Shown here one piece after another: positions 35,373 through 37,144 of a stretch of DNA of 37,144 nucleotides (its first letter is position 1; each line of letters starts with the position of its first letter). The stretch is taken from IMG/VR virus record IMGVR_UViG_3300025150_000026, positions 1-37,144 of that record; one strand, 5' to 3'. The DNA comes from a virus (taxonomy: Duplodnaviria; Caudoviricetes). The position numbers and the translations under genes were made by a program. The notes beneath the pieces are model-generated. The model was not told the DNA's origin. It worked only from the letters and a program-made list of their open reading frames with translations, and did no database searches.

Positions 35373-36137
35373 ATGGGGCGGAAGCTGTCAGAGGAAACCA
35401 AGGAGAAGATTCGTCAGGCCAAACTCGGCGTAAAGCTGAGTGCCGAGACGAGAGCCAAGATGTCCGAGGCCCACAAGGGCAAGTCGCATCCTCATTCCGG
35501 GGCCTCGTTTAGGGGTAAAAGCCACACCGAACAGGCCAAAGCCAAGATGTCCCGAGAGCGGAGGGGTCGGGCGGTATCGGACGAGGCCAAAGCCAAGATG
35601 TCGGCTGTCCGGGCGGGCATACCTAAGTCCGAGGAGACCCGACAGCGCATGTCCACCCATCGACAGGATGCTGATCATCCCGCCAACAAAGCACGATCAG
35701 AAGCGACCTCAAGGTCGAATGCACGGCGGAACATCGAGGGCTCCGGCTTCCACGTCAAGGGCCACTATGATGCTGTGAAGGCCAAGAACACGCCGGTGGC
35801 ATACCGCTCGGTCAGCATCGAACTAAGACTGATGGAGCAGTTCGATGCTGACCCCGAAGTGGTGGAATGGCAGTCCCCTGCCTGTATCCGCTACCGGGAT
35901 ACGAGAGGGGTGGCCCGGATCACGCTGCCGGACTTCTTGGTGACCTACCGGGACGGTTCGCAGAGGCTCATCGAGGGCAAAGGCCCCCATCTGCTGAAAA
36001 GATACCTCAACAGCGAGAAGTTCCATGCTGTCCGGGCGTGGTGCATGGAACGAGATATTCCGTTTTGGATCGTCACGTCTGGACCTCATCCAGATTACAT
36101 CCATCAATGGTCGGAGGTCCCATGGCCGGACGCATAG
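35373..36137 (+). CDS. Homing endonuclease: NUMOD3 repeats plus TnsA-like PD-(D/E)xK nuclease
   Basis: Repeated SEETKEKI/SAETRAKMS/TEQAKAKMS/SDEAKAKMS/SEETRQRMS; YRS...E...DADPEVVEW...PDFLVTY...LIEGKG. Confidence 0.82.
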   Translation: MGRKLSEETKEKIRQAKLGVKLSAETRAKMSEAHKGKSHPHSGASFRGKSHTEQAKAKMSRERRGRAVSDEAKAKMSAVRAGIPKSEETRQRMSTHRQDADHPANKARSEATSRSNARRNIEGSGFHVKGHYDAVKAKNTPVAYRSVSIELRLMEQFDADPEVVEWQSPACIRYRDTRGVARITLPDFLVTYRDGSQRLIEGKGPHLLKRYLNSEKFHAVRAWCMERDIPFWIVTSGPHPDYIHQWSEVPWPDA

Positions 36138-36655
36138 AAGTGATATGTGGGTCGATGTTCAGCGGGAAGTCCGAAGAACTGGTCCGCCGTCTTCGCCGGG
36201 CCAGGATCGCCCGGAAGGCCGTTCTGGCCATCAAGCACGCCGCCGACGACCGCTACCACCCGGAGAAGATCGGGTGCCACACGGGGGAGACCTTCGAGGC
36301 CAGACCCTACAAGACCGTGGCCGGGATCGAGAAGGCCGCCCGTGGGGTCGAGGTGCTGGGCATCGACGAGGCCCAGTTCTTCGGGGCCGACCTCATCCCC
36401 TTCTGTGAGCAGTGGGCAGGAGCGGGGGTCCGGGTCATCGTCGCCGGGCTCGACATGGACTCCGAAGGCAAGCCCTTCGGTCCCATCCCGCACCTGATGG
36501 CCATCGCCGAGAGTGTGACCAAGCTCCATGCCATCTGCGTCACCTGCGGGGAGGAGGCTTCCTTCTCCTTCCACAAGGGTAAGAAAGAGGGCCAGGTCGA
36601 GGTCGGGGCTGACCAGTACGAGGCCCGTTGCCGGACCTGTTGGAGAACTCGATGA
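36122..36655 (+). CDS. tdk: Thymidine kinase (type II)
   Basis: GSMFSGKS P-loop, IDEAQFF, VAGLD, CVTCG and YEARCRTC zinc ligands; SD GGAGG. Confidence 0.95.
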   Translation: MAGRIEVICGSMFSGKSEELVRRLRRARIARKAVLAIKHAADDRYHPEKIGCHTGETFEARPYKTVAGIEKAARGVEVLGIDEAQFFGADLIPFCEQWAGAGVRVIVAGLDMDSEGKPFGPIPHLMAIAESVTKLHAICVTCGEEASFSFHKGKKEGQVEVGADQYEARCRTCWRTR

Positions 36656-37140
36656 CTGGAACAGCAGGACAGGCCGCCTACGAAGCGTACTGCAAGACCG
36701 TCAACCATCAGAACCTCCAGCCCTGGGAAGCCCTGTCCATGGACATCCGGGCTGGGTGGGAGGCCGCTGCTCAGGCGAACTCGGAGGCGGATGACCCGCA
36801 GACCATCCGTGAGTGGCAGAAGGCCATCCACGACTACGCCAAGGCGAAGGGCTGGTGGGACCCGGAAAAGCCCCGCACGTTTGGTGACCTCTGCGCCCTG
36901 TTCCACACAGAGATCTCCGAGGCGTTCGAGGAACATCGCAACGGTCACGGGTTGACTGAGGTCTATCAGAACGAGGACAAGCCTGGGAAGTGGGAGGGGG
37001 TTCCCGTCGAGCTTGCGGATCTGGTCATCCGGGTCTTGGACTTCGCCGAGTGGGCGGGCATCGATCTGCAAGAGGTCATGGCCCGTAAACATGCCTACAA
37101 CCTGACCCGCAGCTACCGTCATGGAGGAAAGAGAACATAG
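36652..37140 (+). CDS. MazG-like nucleotide pyrophosphatase
   Basis: LFHTEISEAFE...ELADLVIRVLD...KHAYN. Confidence 0.82.
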   Translation: MTGTAGQAAYEAYCKTVNHQNLQPWEALSMDIRAGWEAAAQANSEADDPQTIREWQKAIHDYAKAKGWWDPEKPRTFGDLCALFHTEISEAFEEHRNGHGLTEVYQNEDKPGKWEGVPVELADLVIRVLDFAEWAGIDLQEVMARKHAYNLTRSYRHGGKRT

Positions 37141-37144
37141 GTTG

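Noticed and set aside
35385-35660. Repeated GCCAAGATGTC units as a CRISPR or DNA repeat array
   Set aside because: They are in-frame NUMOD3 protein repeats, too short and irregular for CRISPR.
35337-36121. Group I intron or intein interpretation of the TK insert
   Set aside because: No intein termini, almost no non-coding room for a ribozyme core, and the duplicated N-terminus with its own SD makes splicing unnecessary.
1-37144. tRNA, rRNA, CRISPR arrays, integrase, structural genes
   Set aside because: None recognised by eye; intergenic gaps are short. tRNAscan/Infernal would be needed to exclude small RNAs.

Overview
GC-rich (~65%), densely coding segment, mostly on the + strand, that reads as part of a large (probably jumbo) bacteriophage genome. 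No capsid/tail genes, tRNAs or CRISPR array were seen. Recognisable genes: intein-containing UvrD-like helicase (partial), metallophosphoesterase, SLOG protein, SNF2 helicase, degenerate DnaC-like loader, DnaB-like helicase, ClpP, a beta-class amino-DNA methyltransferase split over three genes, papain-like C1 peptidase, peptide deformylase, stand-alone primase zinc finger, family A DNA polymerase, FmdB zinc ribbon, DEDDh exonuclease, tandem cold-shock protein, thymidine kinase and MazG-like pyrophosphatase. Four inteins and five free-standing homing endonuclease genes (HEGs) are present. Most notable: (1) each HEG abuts a neighbouring gene whose adjacent end is recoded with A/T-ending codons through a conserved motif, and at thymidine kinase the original 5' end is left behind while the cassette supplies a replacement; (2) the methyltransferase is split into complementary halves, and its DPPY motif is interrupted by GGC-TGA-CT-GGC, a possible ribosomal hop or frameshift site; (3) a conserved CGGT-N6-CCTAT promoter-like motif precedes many genes, including three HEGs. 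All family calls come from reading motifs by eye, not from database searches.
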